From Pseudonocardiales bacterium (GTDB taxonomy: Bacteria; Actinomycetota; Actinomycetes; Mycobacteriales; Pseudonocardiaceae), in contig JBQTGW010000240.1 in the NCBI GenBank assembly GCA_052390495.1, forward strand, positions 33,232-97,231: a stretch of 64,000 nt of DNA, given 5' to 3'. Under the pieces are notes generated by a model. The model was given only the letters and a program-made list of their open reading frames with translations. It was not told the DNA's origin and made no database searches. The position numbers and the translations under genes were made by a program. The first letter of the stretch is position 1. Each line of letters opens with the position of its first letter. This document shows positions 8,433 to 19,498 of this stretch, piece after piece.

Positions 8433-10549
8433 CAGAAGTCCGCCGGGGCGGGCACCGTCCCGTCATCGTCCAGCTTCGCGCCGATACCGAGCTTGTCCTT
8501 GATCCGCTTCTCGATCTCCGTGGCGATGTCGGGGTTGTCACCGAGGAACTTGCGTGCGTTCTCCTTACCCTGACCGAGTTGGTCGCCCTCGTAGGTGTAC
8601 CAGGCACCCGACTTACGGACCACGCCCTGTTCAACACCCATGTCGATCAGCGAGCCTTCTTTGCTAATCCCGTGACCGTAAAGAATATCGAATTCTGCTT
8701 GTTTGAAAGGTGGTGCGCACTTATTCTTCACTACCTTGACGCGGGTTCGGTTGCCGACTGCGTCGCCGCTGTCCTTGAGCGTCTCAATCCGGCGAATGTC
8801 CAGCCGCACCGAGGCATAGAACTTCAGCGCCTTACCACCCGTGGTGGTTTCCGGAGAGCCGAAGAAGACTCCGATCTTCTCCCGGAGCTGGTTGATAAAG
8901 ATCGCGGTAGTGCCCGAGTTGCTCAGCGCGCCAGTGATCTTGCGCAGGGCCTGGCTCATCAGCCTGGCTTGCAGGCCGACGTGCGAGTCACCCATTTCGC
9001 CTTCGATTTCCGCCCGCGGCACCAGGGCGGCCACCGAGTCGATGACCACCACATCCAGCGCGCCAGAACGGATCAGCATGTCGGTGATCTCCAGCGCCTG
9101 CTCCCCGGTGTCGGGCTGGGAGACCAGCAAGGCGTCGGTGTCCACGCCGAGCGCCTTCGCATAGTCGGGGTCCAGCGCGTGCTCGGCATCGATGAACGCA
9201 GCGATCCCGCCAGCCCGTTGGGCGTTGGCCACCGCGTGCAGTGCAACAGTGGTGTTGTGCGACAGCACTCCGTTGGCGATGAAGCTGTGCGTGTCAGGCA
9301 ACGCGACGTCGAAGGTCGGTTGGAGACCGCCATCTTCGATCGACACAACGGCCTCGTAGGTGTACTTCGTATCGGCAAGCGTCTGCGCATCCCGGGGAGA
9401 CTTCCGGAAGTGTGCGGCTACTTGAGCACTCCGTCGTTGCGAGCGGAAACCCACCTCTGAGAGGAAACTGCCAGCCGTCGAGGGGTTGACCGTCACCGTC
9501 CAGTAGTCACGGTCGTACGTCGCGTTGTACTTCGAGGACACCGATGCAGGCACTCCGAGTCCATAGAGCATGAGCTGGACTTCACGGGCGAACTGCTCGG
9601 ATGCAGTACCCAGGCCGATGGTCGATGACGCATCAATCCATCCGTCTCCTTCGAATAGCGCAGAGAGAAAAGCTCGCTGAGCCTTGTGCCCGGCGGTACG
9701 GACACACGCCGGAACGGTCTTTCCCGCCGCCGTGACGTAGTCGAGGCCGTATCGCTCGTACACCAACTCCCGGACCTGCTTGCCGGGAACGTGGTACTCC
9801 TTACCGTAGTAACACCGCACCTCGGCGCCGAGGACATGCTCGGCCAAGGTGGTGAACTCCGCTCCGACCTCAAGGTCCCAGTTCGTGAAGTGGACTCGGT
9901 AACGGTCATTGAGCGAGCCTTCAGCGACGAGATAACCGAGCAGGACGGCCTCATCCTCGCTCAGCTCACTTGCCGCAGCCGCCTCGACCGCACCGAAGAC
10001 AGCTGAGACAAGGGTGTTACCGACCTGAATGTCCCGCGCCTTGCGCCACACGATGAACCCGCGCTCGTTCATCACACGCAGCGGGTGGTTCAACGTTACC
10101 GAGACGGCACGTCCTGAGCGACAGGTGATGCGTAGGACCGGCTTCCGGTTGTTGTGCGTCAATGCGGCGAGCGTCTCCAGCTCGCCTTGCTCGTTCACCA
10201 TCCGCACACCGAGCCCCCGCACATCGGTGGTGCGGGACGTGCACGAGGCTGGCTGACCACACCGCTTGAAGAGCTCTTCAACCGTCTCCAGGCCACGATC
10301 GGTCCACACGTAGGTGTCTGCCGTGAGGCACTTCCCGCTGCTCTCGGGCCCGTATATCTCGATCACCCGGCCTCGGGGCAGACCGCCGATGCCCAGCGCC
10401 ACGTCCAACGCAATGGAACCGGTGGGGATCACCTCAATGGGTGCCCGACCCTGGTCGCCGAGGCGCATCACCGAGCCTTTGCCGTGCTGTTTGTCGATCT
10501 GGGCCAAGGCGAGCTCGAGCGCCTTCTCCCGGTCCGGTGCTGGTGCCAT
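8432..10549 (-). CDS. recA: recombinase RecA precursor containing an intein in the Walker A (P-loop) motif
   Basis: Track ORF 8432..10795. The conserved RecA N-terminus [32 protein letters not shown] starts at the ATG at 10549. The exteins join as IYGPESSGK|[12 protein letters not shown], giving a 346-aa RecA. Confidence 0.95.
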   Translation of the reverse strand: MAPAPDREKALELALAQIDKQHGKGSVMRLGDQGRAPIEVIPTGSIALDVALGIGGLPRGRVIEIYGPESSGKCLTADTYVWTDRGLETVEELFKRCGQPASCTSRTTDVRGLGVRMVNEQGELETLAALTHNNRKPVLRITCRSGRAVSVTLNHPLRVMNERGFIVWRKARDIQVGNTLVSAVFGAVEAAAASELSEDEAVLLGYLVAEGSLNDRYRVHFTNWDLEVGAEFTTLAEHVLGAEVRCYYGKEYHVPGKQVRELVYERYGLDYVTAAGKTVPACVRTAGHKAQRAFLSALFEGDGWIDASSTIGLGTASEQFAREVQLMLYGLGVPASVSSKYNATYDRDYWTVTVNPSTAGSFLSEVGFRSQRRSAQVAAHFRKSPRDAQTLADTKYTYEAVVSIEDGGLQPTFDVALPDTHSFIANGVLSHNTTVALHAVANAQRAGGIAAFIDAEHALDPDYAKALGVDTDALLVSQPDTGEQALEITDMLIRSGALDVVVIDSVAALVPRAEIEGEMGDSHVGLQARLMSQALRKITGALSNSGTTAIFINQLREKIGVFFGSPETTTGGKALKFYASVRLDIRRIETLKDSGDAVGNRTRVKVVKNKCAPPFKQAEFDILYGHGISKEGSLIDMGVEQGVVRKSGAWYTYEGDQLGQGKENARKFLGDNPDIATEIEKRIKDKLGIGAKLDDDGTVPAPADF
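9254..10330 (-). mobile_element. RecA intein (359 aa) with a LAGLIDADG homing-endonuclease domain
   Basis: The first residue is Cys (codon 10328-10330). The element ends ..VLSHN (Asn codon 9254-9256) and the +1 residue is Thr (9251-9253). Block B reads TLNHP. LAGLIDADG-like motifs are [11 protein letters not shown] and [12 protein letters not shown]. Confidence 0.9.
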
Positions 10550-10678
10550 CTGTACGGTCCACCCTCGCTGATCGGGGTCTTCTGGGTCGACGCCGACGCT
10601 AGGCGATGGGACCGACACTTCGCGGCGGCGCACGCCGGATCTGTGGACAGAGGGTCCGGCTGTGGACAACAGCCTAGA

Positions 10679-10692
10679 CGAACACGTGTTCG
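10679..10692. promoter_or_regulatory. LexA (SOS) box upstream of recA
   Basis: Perfect palindrome CGAACACGTGTTCG, which matches the actinobacterial GAAC-N4-GTTC SOS box. It lies about 130 nt upstream of the recA start. Confidence 0.75.
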
Positions 10693-10823
10693 ACGTCAGG
10701 AGTGACACGCCGGTGCGCAATCTGCCGCGCCCGCAGCGGACGAAGGCGCATGAGAGGCCGACACACGGTGCAGGAGAAGCTGACACACCGGGCATGAGAG
10801 ACGGACACGCGGAGGGGTGGGGG

Positions 10824-11018
10824 TCAGCGGCGGGATTCGGGGATGTTGAAGGTGGTGCACACTACGGCCCAGATGCGCTTGGCGTCGGTGCCGGCGTCTA
10901 GGGCGCCGTCCACCGTGCGGCCGCCTAGTTCGGCGAACACGTGGTCGTGGGCCAACGCGGCGGCCCGGGCCGGGCCGAACTCCTCGTCCATCCGCTGCCG
11001 GAAGTGGGTTATCCGCAC
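10824..11018 (-). CDS. DUF3046-family small protein
   Basis: 64 aa: [16 protein letters not shown]...[25 protein letters not shown]. This family is typically found just upstream of recA in actinobacteria. Confidence 0.8.
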   Translation of the reverse strand: MRITHFRQRMDEEFGPARAAALAHDHVFAELGGRTVDGALDAGTDAKRIWAVVCTTFNIPESRR

Positions 11019-11058
11019 CCCTTCAGGTTAGGGGTGCGCGCAGAGATAGTGTGATGGG

Positions 11059-11181
11059 GTGCTCGCCCAGGCTGACCCCACCGGGCTGTCCTCCACTGCT
11101 GGACAGCTGGTGATCCTCCTCGGCCTGCTCGCCGCGCTGGCGGTGTTGCTGCGCTGGTGGTGGCAGCAACGGGGCCGCTGA
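11059..11181 (+). CDS. candidate 40-aa single-TM small protein
   Basis: GTG-initiated ORF that I read by hand and that is not in the track: VLAQADPTGLSSTAGQLVILLGLLAALAVLLRWWWQQRGR. Its third-codon positions are GC-rich. It fills the gap between the DUF3046 gene and the MFS gene. Confidence 0.3.
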   Translation: MLAQADPTGLSSTAGQLVILLGLLAALAVLLRWWWQQRGR

Positions 11182-11189
11182 GCGGCCAG

Positions 11190-12569
11190 TCAAGCTGGAC
11201 GGGGTATCCGCACGACGGCGAACACGCTGACCGCCAGGAACGGCAGTACCAGCAGCCCGGCCCCCAGTGCGAGCGCACCGTAGGAAGCCACCGCGACCGC
11301 CGCCCCGGCCAGCACCCCACCTAGCGCGCCGCCTACGTGCATCAGGAGATCACCGATGCCCTGCACGTCCGGGCGCACCGCCACCGGAACCGACTCGGTA
11401 AACAACGTCGAGCCCGCGACCAGACCGCAGGACCATCCGACGCCGAGCAGTACCAACCCGACCGACAACCAGGCAGCGTCCGAAGCCGGCGCAGACCCGG
11501 CCACCACTGCGGCCGCAACCAGCAGCACGGCGCCCAGAGCGAGGACCGGCATTCGTCCCAGCCGGTCGGCGAGCCAGCCGATCAGCGGGCTGAGCGCGTA
11601 CATCCCTGCGATGTGCAGGCTGATCACAAGGCCGACGACCTCCAGCGAAGCACCGCCGTGGTCCATGTGCACGGGAGTCATCGACATCAGGGCGACCATT
11701 ACGGTGTGACACAGTACGATCCCGGCGAGCGCCAAGCGCGCTCCCGGCGAGGACCGCAGCGCCCGCCAGCCTGCCGTCCGGTCGCGGGTCACCGGATCCG
11801 CGCTGACGTCCGTCCTGCCCTGCATAGCGTCGGCCCCCACCACCCGGTTGGCCCACACCACGCGCAGCGGGTCGGGCCGCAGGCCGACGGCCACCGTCAC
11901 CGCCGCCAGCCCGAAAGCCACTCCGCTGAGCAGGAACGGCCCAGCCACCCCCGGCACCCCCAGGGCTGCCGCCGCGCGCTGCGCGGGGCCTGCGAGGTTG
12001 GGTCCGGTCACCGCGCCTACCGTCGTCGCCCACACCACCAGCGACAGGTCCCGAGCGCGCCGGCTCGGTTCGGCGAGATCGGTCGCCGCGTATCGAGCGG
12101 CGAGCCCGGCGGTGGCACTACCCCCGAAGGCCAGCAGGGCGACCAGCAGCACCACAGCGTTGCCGAGCACCACAGCGACCGCCGCGATCGCAGCGCCACA
12201 GGTGGCCACTCCGTAGGCCGCCAGCAGCGCCGGTCGACGTCCGCGACGGGCTGCCAGCCGCGCCACCGGTATCGACATCAGGGCTGCGCCGACCACCGCC
12301 GAGGTCACCGCGAGCCCACCCAACGTGTCCGAGCCGGAGATCGACGCTGCGATCAGCGGGGAGACGGTCAGCCCGGTCGCGACCCCGATACCACCCAACG
12401 TCTGACTCGCCGACAGCGTCCGGACCACCCGGCGCTGGATCTCGGCCAGCACAGGCGCGATCCGCGGGCGGCCCCTGTGGATAACCCGTGAGTGGCGATG
12501 CGAGCCAGAGCCCTCATCGCCACTCACGGGTATACCTCTCGCTCCCCTCGCCGTGACCACGTACCCCAC
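11190..12569 (-). CDS. MFS transporter
   Basis: 459 aa with about 12 hydrophobic segments and the MFS-like loop ARLAARRGRRPALL. The start is uncertain. Confidence 0.8.
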   Translation of the reverse strand: MGYVVTARGARGIPVSGDEGSGSHRHSRVIHRGRPRIAPVLAEIQRRVVRTLSASQTLGGIGVATGLTVSPLIAASISGSDTLGGLAVTSAVVGAALMSIPVARLAARRGRRPALLAAYGVATCGAAIAAVAVVLGNAVVLLVALLAFGGSATAGLAARYAATDLAEPSRRARDLSLVVWATTVGAVTGPNLAGPAQRAAAALGVPGVAGPFLLSGVAFGLAAVTVAVGLRPDPLRVVWANRVVGADAMQGRTDVSADPVTRDRTAGWRALRSSPGARLALAGIVLCHTVMVALMSMTPVHMDHGGASLEVVGLVISLHIAGMYALSPLIGWLADRLGRMPVLALGAVLLVAAAVVAGSAPASDAAWLSVGLVLLGVGWSCGLVAGSTLFTESVPVAVRPDVQGIGDLLMHVGGALGGVLAGAAVAVASYGALALGAGLLVLPFLAVSVFAVVRIPRPA

Positions 12570-12691
12570 TTAGATGGTGCCATCCCTCTATCGCAGTGGA
12601 TGCAGGGTGCCTGCCGGGCGTGGGGTCCTAGGCTCGAGGCAGGGTCGAGGCCATCCCATACGACACTGAGCAGAGGGGAATCACCATCACC

Positions 12692-13780
12692 GTGACAGAC
12701 GTATTCCAATCAAGCGACCACGAACAGATCGTGTTCTGCCGCGACGAACCCAGCGGGCTCCGCGCAATTATCGCGATCCACTCGACGGCGCTGGGGCCGG
12801 CACTGGGCGGCACCCGCTTCCACCCGTACGCCAGCGAGACCGACGCGCTCGCTGACGTGCTGAACCTGTCCCGCGCCATGTCCTACAAGAACGCGCTCGC
12901 CGGGCTCGACCATGGTGGCGGCAAGGCCGTCATCCTCGGCGACCCGGCGCGGCACAAGACCGAGGCGCTGCTGCGTGCCTACGGCCGCTTCGTCCAGTCA
13001 CTGAGCGGGCGCTATATCACCGCGTGCGACGTCGGCACCTATGTCGAGGACATGGACGTCGTGTCCCGCGAATGCGAGTTCACCACCGGACGGTCCACTG
13101 CCCAAGGCGGCGCAGGGGATTCCTCGATTCTCACCGCGCTCGGGGTCTTCCAGGGTATGCGCGCGGCCGCCGAGCACGTCTGGGGTGAGCCCACCCTCGC
13201 CGGACGTCGGGTGGGCGTCGCCGGGGTCGGCAAGGTCGGCCGACACCTCGTCGACCACCTGCTCACCGATGGGGCACGGGTGATCGTGGCCGACATTGAC
13301 GAGTCGGCGATCGCGGGGATCCGCGCTGCGCATCCCGAGGTCATGGTGGCACCCGACACGGCGGCGCTGATCCGGGAACCAATCGACGTCTACGCTCCGT
13401 GTGCGCTCAGCGGAGCACTGGACGATGCCACCGTCACCACCTTGTCGGCCAAGATCGTCTGTGGCGGCGCGAACAACCAGCTGGAACACCCGGGCGTGGA
13501 GAAGTTGCTCGAGGATCAAGGCATTCTCTACGCACCCGACTACGTAGTGAACGCCGGCGGCGTCATCCAGGTCGCCGACGAGATCGGCGGCTTCAATTTC
13601 GAGCGTGCCAGAGCCCGAGTCGCCGAAATCTTCCACACCACCCTTTCGATCTTCGAGCTAGCCGACAACGACGGCGTACCCCCCGCCGTAGCCGCCGACC
13701 ACCTAGCCGAACGCCGAATCGCCGAAGTAAGCCGCCTACGCAAAATCCTGGTCGACGGCCGCCCCGCCCTACACCGATAA
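12692..13780 (+). CDS. Glu/Leu/Phe/Val dehydrogenase-family enzyme (valine/leucine dehydrogenase-like)
   Basis: 362 aa. Motifs are [25 protein letters not shown] and the NAD fold [12 protein letters not shown]. The length and sequence are typical of actinomycete Vdh/Ldh. Confidence 0.85.
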   Translation: MTDVFQSSDHEQIVFCRDEPSGLRAIIAIHSTALGPALGGTRFHPYASETDALADVLNLSRAMSYKNALAGLDHGGGKAVILGDPARHKTEALLRAYGRFVQSLSGRYITACDVGTYVEDMDVVSRECEFTTGRSTAQGGAGDSSILTALGVFQGMRAAAEHVWGEPTLAGRRVGVAGVGKVGRHLVDHLLTDGARVIVADIDESAIAGIRAAHPEVMVAPDTAALIREPIDVYAPCALSGALDDATVTTLSAKIVCGGANNQLEHPGVEKLLEDQGILYAPDYVVNAGGVIQVADEIGGFNFERARARVAEIFHTTLSIFELADNDGVPPAVAADHLAERRIAEVSRLRKILVDGRPALHR

Positions 13781-14020
13781 CCACCGCTTTGTGCATTCAG
13801 CGGGCTGAGCGTGGTTACCGGAGTGCCGTTGACCCCGCCGAGCCCGCTGAATGCGTGGCATCGCGACGCTAGCCGGTGCTCAAAGCGATCCGGCTGCTAC
13901 GCATGACCACCTGGCTGGCCGCGGTCACCGGAAACGACCCGACCAGGGCCGATCAGGTGCGGTTTCGGCTGGCCACCTTGCGGGACAGCACCGCGCCAAT
14001 TGGTTGAGATGGGTACTGAC

Positions 14021-15392
14021 TTAGCTGACAGCCTGCGCGACACGCTTGGCCACGCGCCGCAGCTCGCGCACCCTCGACCGGAAGGTCACATCGCGTTCGA
14101 GTGGAGCGGCGATCTTGGCGAGCATGCGGACGTCGTCGGCGATCCGCTTGGACCGCAGGAGTGCCGCCTCGCCGAGGGCCTGTTCGGCAAGGCCGAGGCC
14201 ACGGTGCGGGTCGTCGAACCGCAGAACGAGACAGGAAACTCGGATCAGATTGAAGCTACGGGGCCTGGCGGCCTCAGCCGGATGCAGGTCATAGCCTGAT
14301 TGCAGGCGGTTTTCGGCCATTGTGGCGATGCGGGCGTCGCTGGCGCGCATAGCCGCGTCGAACAGGGCTTCTCCACGCTCGCCCGTCATCTGCGCGTCGT
14401 TGTAGTACCAGGCCCAGGTCGAGTCGTCGGGGTCGGCGGCCCGCTGACCGAACAACTCATCGGCCTGCCCGATGGTGCGTACGACTGCAGCAACGTCGGC
14501 CTCACGGCCGATTGCCCGAGCCTCAACGATGGTCAGGGTAGCCCGCGCCACCGGGGACAGGAGCCGGTCGTCGCCATGCGCAAGCCGCATGAGGTCCAGG
14601 CTTAGATCGTTGCGGTCCAGCCAGAGGGCTTGGCGGGCGGCGCTGGTGAGAGTATGCACCCGCTGTTGCACGTCACCAGCCTCGGCGGCGAGCTGGAGCG
14701 CGACGAGGAAGAACCGGCGGGCAGCGAAGTGGTCACCGCAATCGAAGGACATGAATCCCGCCACGTCGGCCAGCCGGGCGGTAGCCGACTGCCATGACTG
14801 ACGGACCGGACATGGACGACTTGGCGAGTACGTCGAAGCACCATTCCAGCTGCCCGGCAGCAGCGTTTCGGGACATGGCGCCGCCGAACAGACAGTCGGA
14901 ACTCATGAAGAACTCCACGACCTGGTTGAGCTGGTCGACATGGTGCTCGTCGATCCGGGCGGGCACGGCGCTGCGGTGCCGCGCACCGCGCAGCAGGTCC
15001 GGTAGTTGCGCCGACAGCGCACCGACAGCGGCGGCACCGGCGTAGCGGATCAGCTCCTGGTCCCGCTCGAGCATGGCGTCCTCCGCCCAGGTCGGCTCAC
15101 CTGCGACGATAGCCGACGCCACGATCAGCGTCGCCTCGCTCGACCGGGAACAGTAAAACCCCAGGTCAGCGTCCGAGGTGGCGCCGAGCACCACCCGGAA
15201 GGCAGACCGGTAGGCATCCCCTGGCCAGGTGATCTCACCCCGTTCGACCTTGGACACGTAGTCGGCGTCAATCCCGCACCGCCGACCCGTGGCCTGCTCA
15301 ACCCGGTCAGCGACCATCGCGGCGACTTGGGCCTGGGTGAGTACCCGAGAGCGCCGGGCGAGTTGGAACGCCCGATTCGGGCGAGCACTCAT
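14021..15392 (-). pseudogene. XRE-type HTH + TPR-like regulator, split by a frameshift near 14800
   Basis: ORFs 14733..15392 (HTH: LTQAQVAAMV...YVSKVERGE) and 14021..14764 (helical repeats) overlap in different frames. Read together they are collinear with the intact paralogue 30414..31874: ..AKSSMSGPSV/RQSWQSATARLADVAGFMSFD aligns with RQARFTNSAVADRLLAEWAQLALAAGWTAND. Confidence 0.6.
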
Positions 15393-15630
15393 GACCGCCC
15401 CCTTTCAGGTTCGTCGGCACGGACCCTATTACGGCCTGGCGCGGTCGGTCTGCCGGGTAGCCGAAGGAATGAGCCCCTGCCCTGAGCTGCTCCACAGGTA
15501 GGGGCGAAGAATGCGGTCATCCTCCTAGAAAGGCTCCTAGTTCACCCGTCGGTTCGCGTCGGTTCCCGCCTGGTGGGCATCACGCGAAGGTTGTCACAAG
15601 ACCCCGTTAACGAATCGAGAGCAGAGGTGA

Positions 15631-15966
15631 GAGCTTCCAGTTCCTGCGTAGCGCCCCGGCGAGGACGGGCCACTGTTGGGACAGCGAGTAGCCGCTGACT
15701 ACATGGACACCATCTACCTCGAGGGGTTCAGCCACGATTGTTTCGCTTGGCGCCAGCGGACCTCATCGCTGATCGTTCCCGGCGATGAACTGATAAAGCG
15801 CCGGGTGGATGGCAGCGCACTCACTGTCCTTGATGAGGCATTGACATGGGAACCGGCGTGTCCTCGCCCTGAACCCCGGTCGGCCGTCGATGCAGCGGCC
15901 CCTCAAGCGTCACAGCTCTCGACGGCTGATCGGCTCATCGCCACTGCAAAGCCGTTGCGTCGTTGA
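15631..15966 (+). pseudogene. small conserved protein, paralogue of 29845..30147, with a 1-nt deletion
   Basis: The 15676..15966 product (..DTIYLEGFSHDCFAWRQRTSSLIVPGDE..) matches 29845..30147. Homology continues upstream in another frame (ESFQFLRSAP versus FRFQRTAP). Here the DNA reads cgtagcgcccc-ggcgaggacggg, against cgtactgccccaggtgcggacggc in the intact copy. Confidence 0.55.
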
Positions 15967-16117
15967 GCAGTGGGCCGAGGGGCGATACGCCATAGCAATG
16001 AGGTGGTACCGCCGATAGCATCGGCGATGGGTGACTCCGCGAAGTGAGCTACCGTCGCACCGTCACCGCTACCACACCGGCACCCCTACCACACCGGGGA
16101 GAACGAGAGGAACCCTC

Positions 16118-16945
16118 ATGACGGGTAGCTCCGGTGCAGGCGAAGACGGAAGTTCCATGATCGACACTGGCGTGGCGCACACCGCTCGGGTCTGGAACTA
16201 CTGGCTCGGCGGTAAAGACAACTACCCGGCCGACCGCGAGGTCGGCGAGCAGATCCGCGCCATCATCCCGGACATCGCTGACAGCGCCCGCGCCGATCGG
16301 AGATTCCTGTTCCGCGTCGTCCGCTATCTGGCCGGTGAGGTGGGCATCCGTCAGTTTCTTGACATCGGCACCGGGCTACCCACCGCCGACAACACCCACG
16401 AGGTCGCCCAGTCGATCGCACCGGAGTGCCGCATCGTCTACGCCGACAACGACCCCCTAGTCCTGGTACACGCCCGCGCCCTGCTCACCAGCACCCCGGA
16501 GGGCGCCACTGACTACCTCGACGTGGACCTGCGTGACCCCGACACGATCTTGCGGGAAGCTGCCCGCACGCTGACCTTCACTCGGCCGGTTGCGCTCATG
16601 CTGCTGGGGATCCTGAACTTCATCACCGATACCGACGAGGCACACGCGATCGTGCACCAGCTGCTCGATGCCCTCCCCGCAGGCAGCTACCTGGCGATCT
16701 CCCACCCCACAGTAGAGATCCACCCAGAGGCGGCGAAAGAGGCGATCCGGCTCTGGAACGAGAACGCCACACCCCCGATAGCGACCCGCAGCCGCCAGGA
16801 GCTGACCCGTTTCTTCGACCGCCTGGAGCTACTGGAGCCCGGCGTGGTCTCCTGTTCGCTGTGGCGGCCCGACCCCAATGACATCGGTACCCCGACTGAG
16901 GTGTACCAGTTCGGTGGGGTCGGGCGGAAGCAGACGTCCCCCTGA
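16118..16945 (+). CDS. SAM-dependent methyltransferase (actinobacterial Methyltransf_19/DUF574-like)
   Basis: The motif ARVWNYWLGGKDNYPADRE and the SAM site FLDIGTGLPT are present. I chose the ATG at 16118 because it is preceded by a GAGAGG RBS; the track ORF starts at 16031. Confidence 0.75.
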   Translation: MTGSSGAGEDGSSMIDTGVAHTARVWNYWLGGKDNYPADREVGEQIRAIIPDIADSARADRRFLFRVVRYLAGEVGIRQFLDIGTGLPTADNTHEVAQSIAPECRIVYADNDPLVLVHARALLTSTPEGATDYLDVDLRDPDTILREAARTLTFTRPVALMLLGILNFITDTDEAHAIVHQLLDALPAGSYLAISHPTVEIHPEAAKEAIRLWNENATPPIATRSRQELTRFFDRLELLEPGVVSCSLWRPDPNDIGTPTEVYQFGGVGRKQTSP

Positions 16946-16962
16946 TCCCCGACCGGCCAGAG

Positions 16963-18585
16963 TCAGAAACTCTCAACGGGCACATAGGTGCCCCAGACGT
17001 CGCGGAGGGCGTGGCATACCTCGCCTACTGTGGCCTGCACGGCGAGGGCGGTTTTCATCGGGTACAGGACGTTGTCGTGGCCCTCGGCGGCTTTGCGCAG
17101 GTCGTTCAGCGCCCGCTGGACGTCCGACGACGAACGCGACGTACGCAGGGCGGCAAGGCGCTGCCGGGCGCTGTCCTCGATTGTGGGGTCCACCCGCAGG
17201 GGCTGGTAGGGGTCCTCGACGTCGAGTCGGTAGCGGTTGAGGCCGACCACGACCCGCTCGCCGGAGTCGATCTCCTTGGCGGTGTCGTAGGCGGTTCGCT
17301 CGATCTCGGACTTCTGAAAGCCCTGCTCGATGGCGTGCACCGCGCCGCCCAGTGAATCCACCTTCTCGATCAGCGCCACCGCCGCGGCCTCGACCTCGTC
17401 GGTCATCGCCTCCACGGCGTAGGACCCGGCGAAGGGGTCCACTGTGGACGTCAGGTCGGTCTCGTAGGCCAGCACCTGCTGGGTGCGCAGCGCCAGCCGG
17501 GCGGCCTTCTCGGTGGGCAGCGCGATCGCCTCGTCGTAGGAATTCGTGTGCAGCGACTGGGTGCCACCGAAGATCGCGGCGATCGCCTGCACCGTCACCC
17601 GGACCATGTTGACCTCGGGCTGCTGCGCGGTGAGCTGCACCCCGGCGGTCTGGGTGTGGAACCGCAGCATCAGCGATTTGGGGTGCTGCGCGCCGAAGCG
17701 TTCCTTCATCATCCGGGCCCAGATCCGCCGGGCAGCGCGGAATTTCGCGACCTCCTCCAGCAGCGTGGTGCGGGAGACGAAGAAGAACGACAATCGCGGT
17801 GCGAATTCGTCGACGGCCATCCCGGCGTCCAGCGCGGCCTGCACGTACTGCACCCCGTTGGCCAGCGTGAAACCGATCTCCTGGGCAGGGTTCGCGCCCG
17901 CCTCCGCCATGTGGTACCCGGAGATCGAGATGGTATTCCAGCGCGGGATCTCGGCCTGGCAGTAGGCGAAGATATCCGAGGTGAGCCGCAGGGAATGCGC
18001 GGGCGGATAGATGTAGGTGCCCCGGGCGATGTACTCCTTGAGCACATCGTTCTGGATCGTCCCGGTCAGTTTCGAACCCGGCACGCCCTGCTCCTCACCC
18101 ACCAGTTGGTAGAGCAGCAGCAGCAGGCTCGCGGGCGCGTTGATGGTCATCGAGGTGGACACCTCGCCCAGCGGGATGGCGTCGAACAACGTCCGCATGT
18201 CCTCGATCGAGTCGATCGCCACCCCGACCTTGCCGACCTCGCCGTGCGCGATGGGCTCGTCGGAGTCATAGCCCATCTGGGTCGGCAGGTCGAAGGCCAC
18301 CGAAAGGCCGGTCTGGCCCGCCTTCAGCAGCTGGTGGTAGCGGGCGTTGGACTCCAGCGCGGTGCCGAACCCGGCGTACTGGCGCATCGTCCACCGGCGC
18401 TGGGTGTACATCGTGGGGTACACCCCCCGGGTGAACGGGAACACGCCGGGCTCGCCGAGCCGCTCGGCCACCCCGTCGCCGACATCGCCGGGGTGGTACA
18501 CGGGCTTGACCACGAAACCCGACTCTGCCCTCCCTGACTGGGCCCGCTCCGACTGGGCCTGCGGGGTCCCCGGCTCTTGACTCAT
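16963..18585 (-). CDS. methylmalonyl-CoA mutase-family catalytic (large) subunit without a B12-binding domain (split type)
   Basis: 540 aa with [26 protein letters not shown] and [21 protein letters not shown]. From memory, the Tyr/Arg signature is MCM-like rather than ICM-like. The protein ends before any DxHxxG cobalamin domain. Confidence 0.8.
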   Translation of the reverse strand: MSQEPGTPQAQSERAQSGRAESGFVVKPVYHPGDVGDGVAERLGEPGVFPFTRGVYPTMYTQRRWTMRQYAGFGTALESNARYHQLLKAGQTGLSVAFDLPTQMGYDSDEPIAHGEVGKVGVAIDSIEDMRTLFDAIPLGEVSTSMTINAPASLLLLLYQLVGEEQGVPGSKLTGTIQNDVLKEYIARGTYIYPPAHSLRLTSDIFAYCQAEIPRWNTISISGYHMAEAGANPAQEIGFTLANGVQYVQAALDAGMAVDEFAPRLSFFFVSRTTLLEEVAKFRAARRIWARMMKERFGAQHPKSLMLRFHTQTAGVQLTAQQPEVNMVRVTVQAIAAIFGGTQSLHTNSYDEAIALPTEKAARLALRTQQVLAYETDLTSTVDPFAGSYAVEAMTDEVEAAAVALIEKVDSLGGAVHAIEQGFQKSEIERTAYDTAKEIDSGERVVVGLNRYRLDVEDPYQPLRVDPTIEDSARQRLAALRTSRSSSDVQRALNDLRKAAEGHDNVLYPMKTALAVQATVGEVCHALRDVWGTYVPVESF

Positions 18586-18658
18586 CGCATGTCCTCACTT
18601 CGCCTTGCCCGCCTGTCTGTATGGCATACCCCAGTTCCGACCACAACGCGGGCATCAT

Positions 18659-19498
18659 GTGGCGGTGACCTCAGCCGATCGCCCACCCCGTCTGGTGGCG
18701 GGCGCTACCGGCCCGGCGCTGTCCGCGCGGGAGGCCGCCGCCGTACTCGCCACGCACACCGGAGTGCCCACGCACGACGTCGCGGTGGTGCTGGGTTCGG
18801 GCTGGCGCCCCGCAGCCGACCTGCTCGCAGGTCCAACCGTCGAGATCCCGGTCAGCGAACTGCCCGGCTTCGCCGTGCCGGAAGCCCCGGGGCATGCGGG
18901 TACGGTCCGCTCGGTAGAGCTGGCCGGGCGCCGGGTGCTGGTGCTGCTCGGTCGCACCCACGGCTACGAGGGCCACCCCGTCGCCCAGGTCGTCCACGGG
19001 GTGCGCACCGCCTGCGCGGCAGGCGTGCGCGTCGTGGTGCTCACCAACGCCGCGGGCGGTATCGCCGAAGGACTCCAGGTCGGCCAGCCGGTGCTGATCT
19101 GCGACCACCTCAACCTCACCGCCAGCTCGCCGCTGGTCGGCCCACGGTTCGTCGACCTCACCGACGTCTACTCCCCCCGGCTGCGCTCGCTGGCCCGCGA
19201 GATCGACCCCAGCCTGGCCGAAGGGGTCTACGCGGGGGTACCCGGCCCGCACTTCGAGACCCCGGCGGAAATCCGCATGCTGCGCACGCTAGGTGCCGAT
19301 CTGGTCGGCATGTCCACCGTGCTCGAAGCCATCGCCACGCGCGCCGAGGGCGTCGAAGTGCTGGGGATCTCCCTGGTCACCAACCTCGCCGCAGGCATGA
19401 CCGGGGCGCCGCTGGACCACCTGGAGGTGATAGCCGCCGGACTGGCAGCAGCCGAACGGATGGGCGCACTGCTGCGGGAGCTGGCGAGCCGGGTATGA
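18659..19498 (+). CDS. punA: purine nucleoside phosphorylase
   Basis: Motifs are [27 protein letters not shown] and [33 protein letters not shown] start at 18659 or 18665 fits the family N-terminus better than 18605. Confidence 0.85.
   Translation: MAVTSADRPPRLVAGATGPALSAREAAAVLATHTGVPTHDVAVVLGSGWRPAADLLAGPTVEIPVSELPGFAVPEAPGHAGTVRSVELAGRRVLVLLGRTHGYEGHPVAQVVHGVRTACAAGVRVVVLTNAAGGIAEGLQVGQPVLICDHLNLTASSPLVGPRFVDLTDVYSPRLRSLAREIDPSLAEGVYAGVPGPHFETPAEIRMLRTLGADLVGMSTVLEAIATRAEGVEVLGISLVTNLAAGMTGAPLDHLEVIAAGLAAAERMGALLRELASRV

Noticed and set aside
8399-9460. Long + strand ORF (353 aa) antisense to recA. Similar long antisense ORFs occur elsewhere, for example 19519..21036 (-), 21581..23116 (-), 40363..41427 (-), 43067..44023 (-), 43269..44309 (-), 46525..48807 (-), 47168..48472 (-), 51098..52201 (+), 56551..58011 (+).
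   Set aside because: These are typical shadow ORFs of high-GC DNA. Each lies opposite a gene with clear family motifs, and the translations are Arg/Pro/Gly/Ala-rich low-complexity sequence without recognisable domains.
13793-13854. A 14-bp inverted repeat (gcattcagcgggct ... agcccgctgaatgc) with a 34-nt loop downstream of the dehydrogenase gene.
   Set aside because: It could be a terminator, but the loop is long, no T-tract follows, and there is nothing unusual about it. Support is too weak for a feature call.
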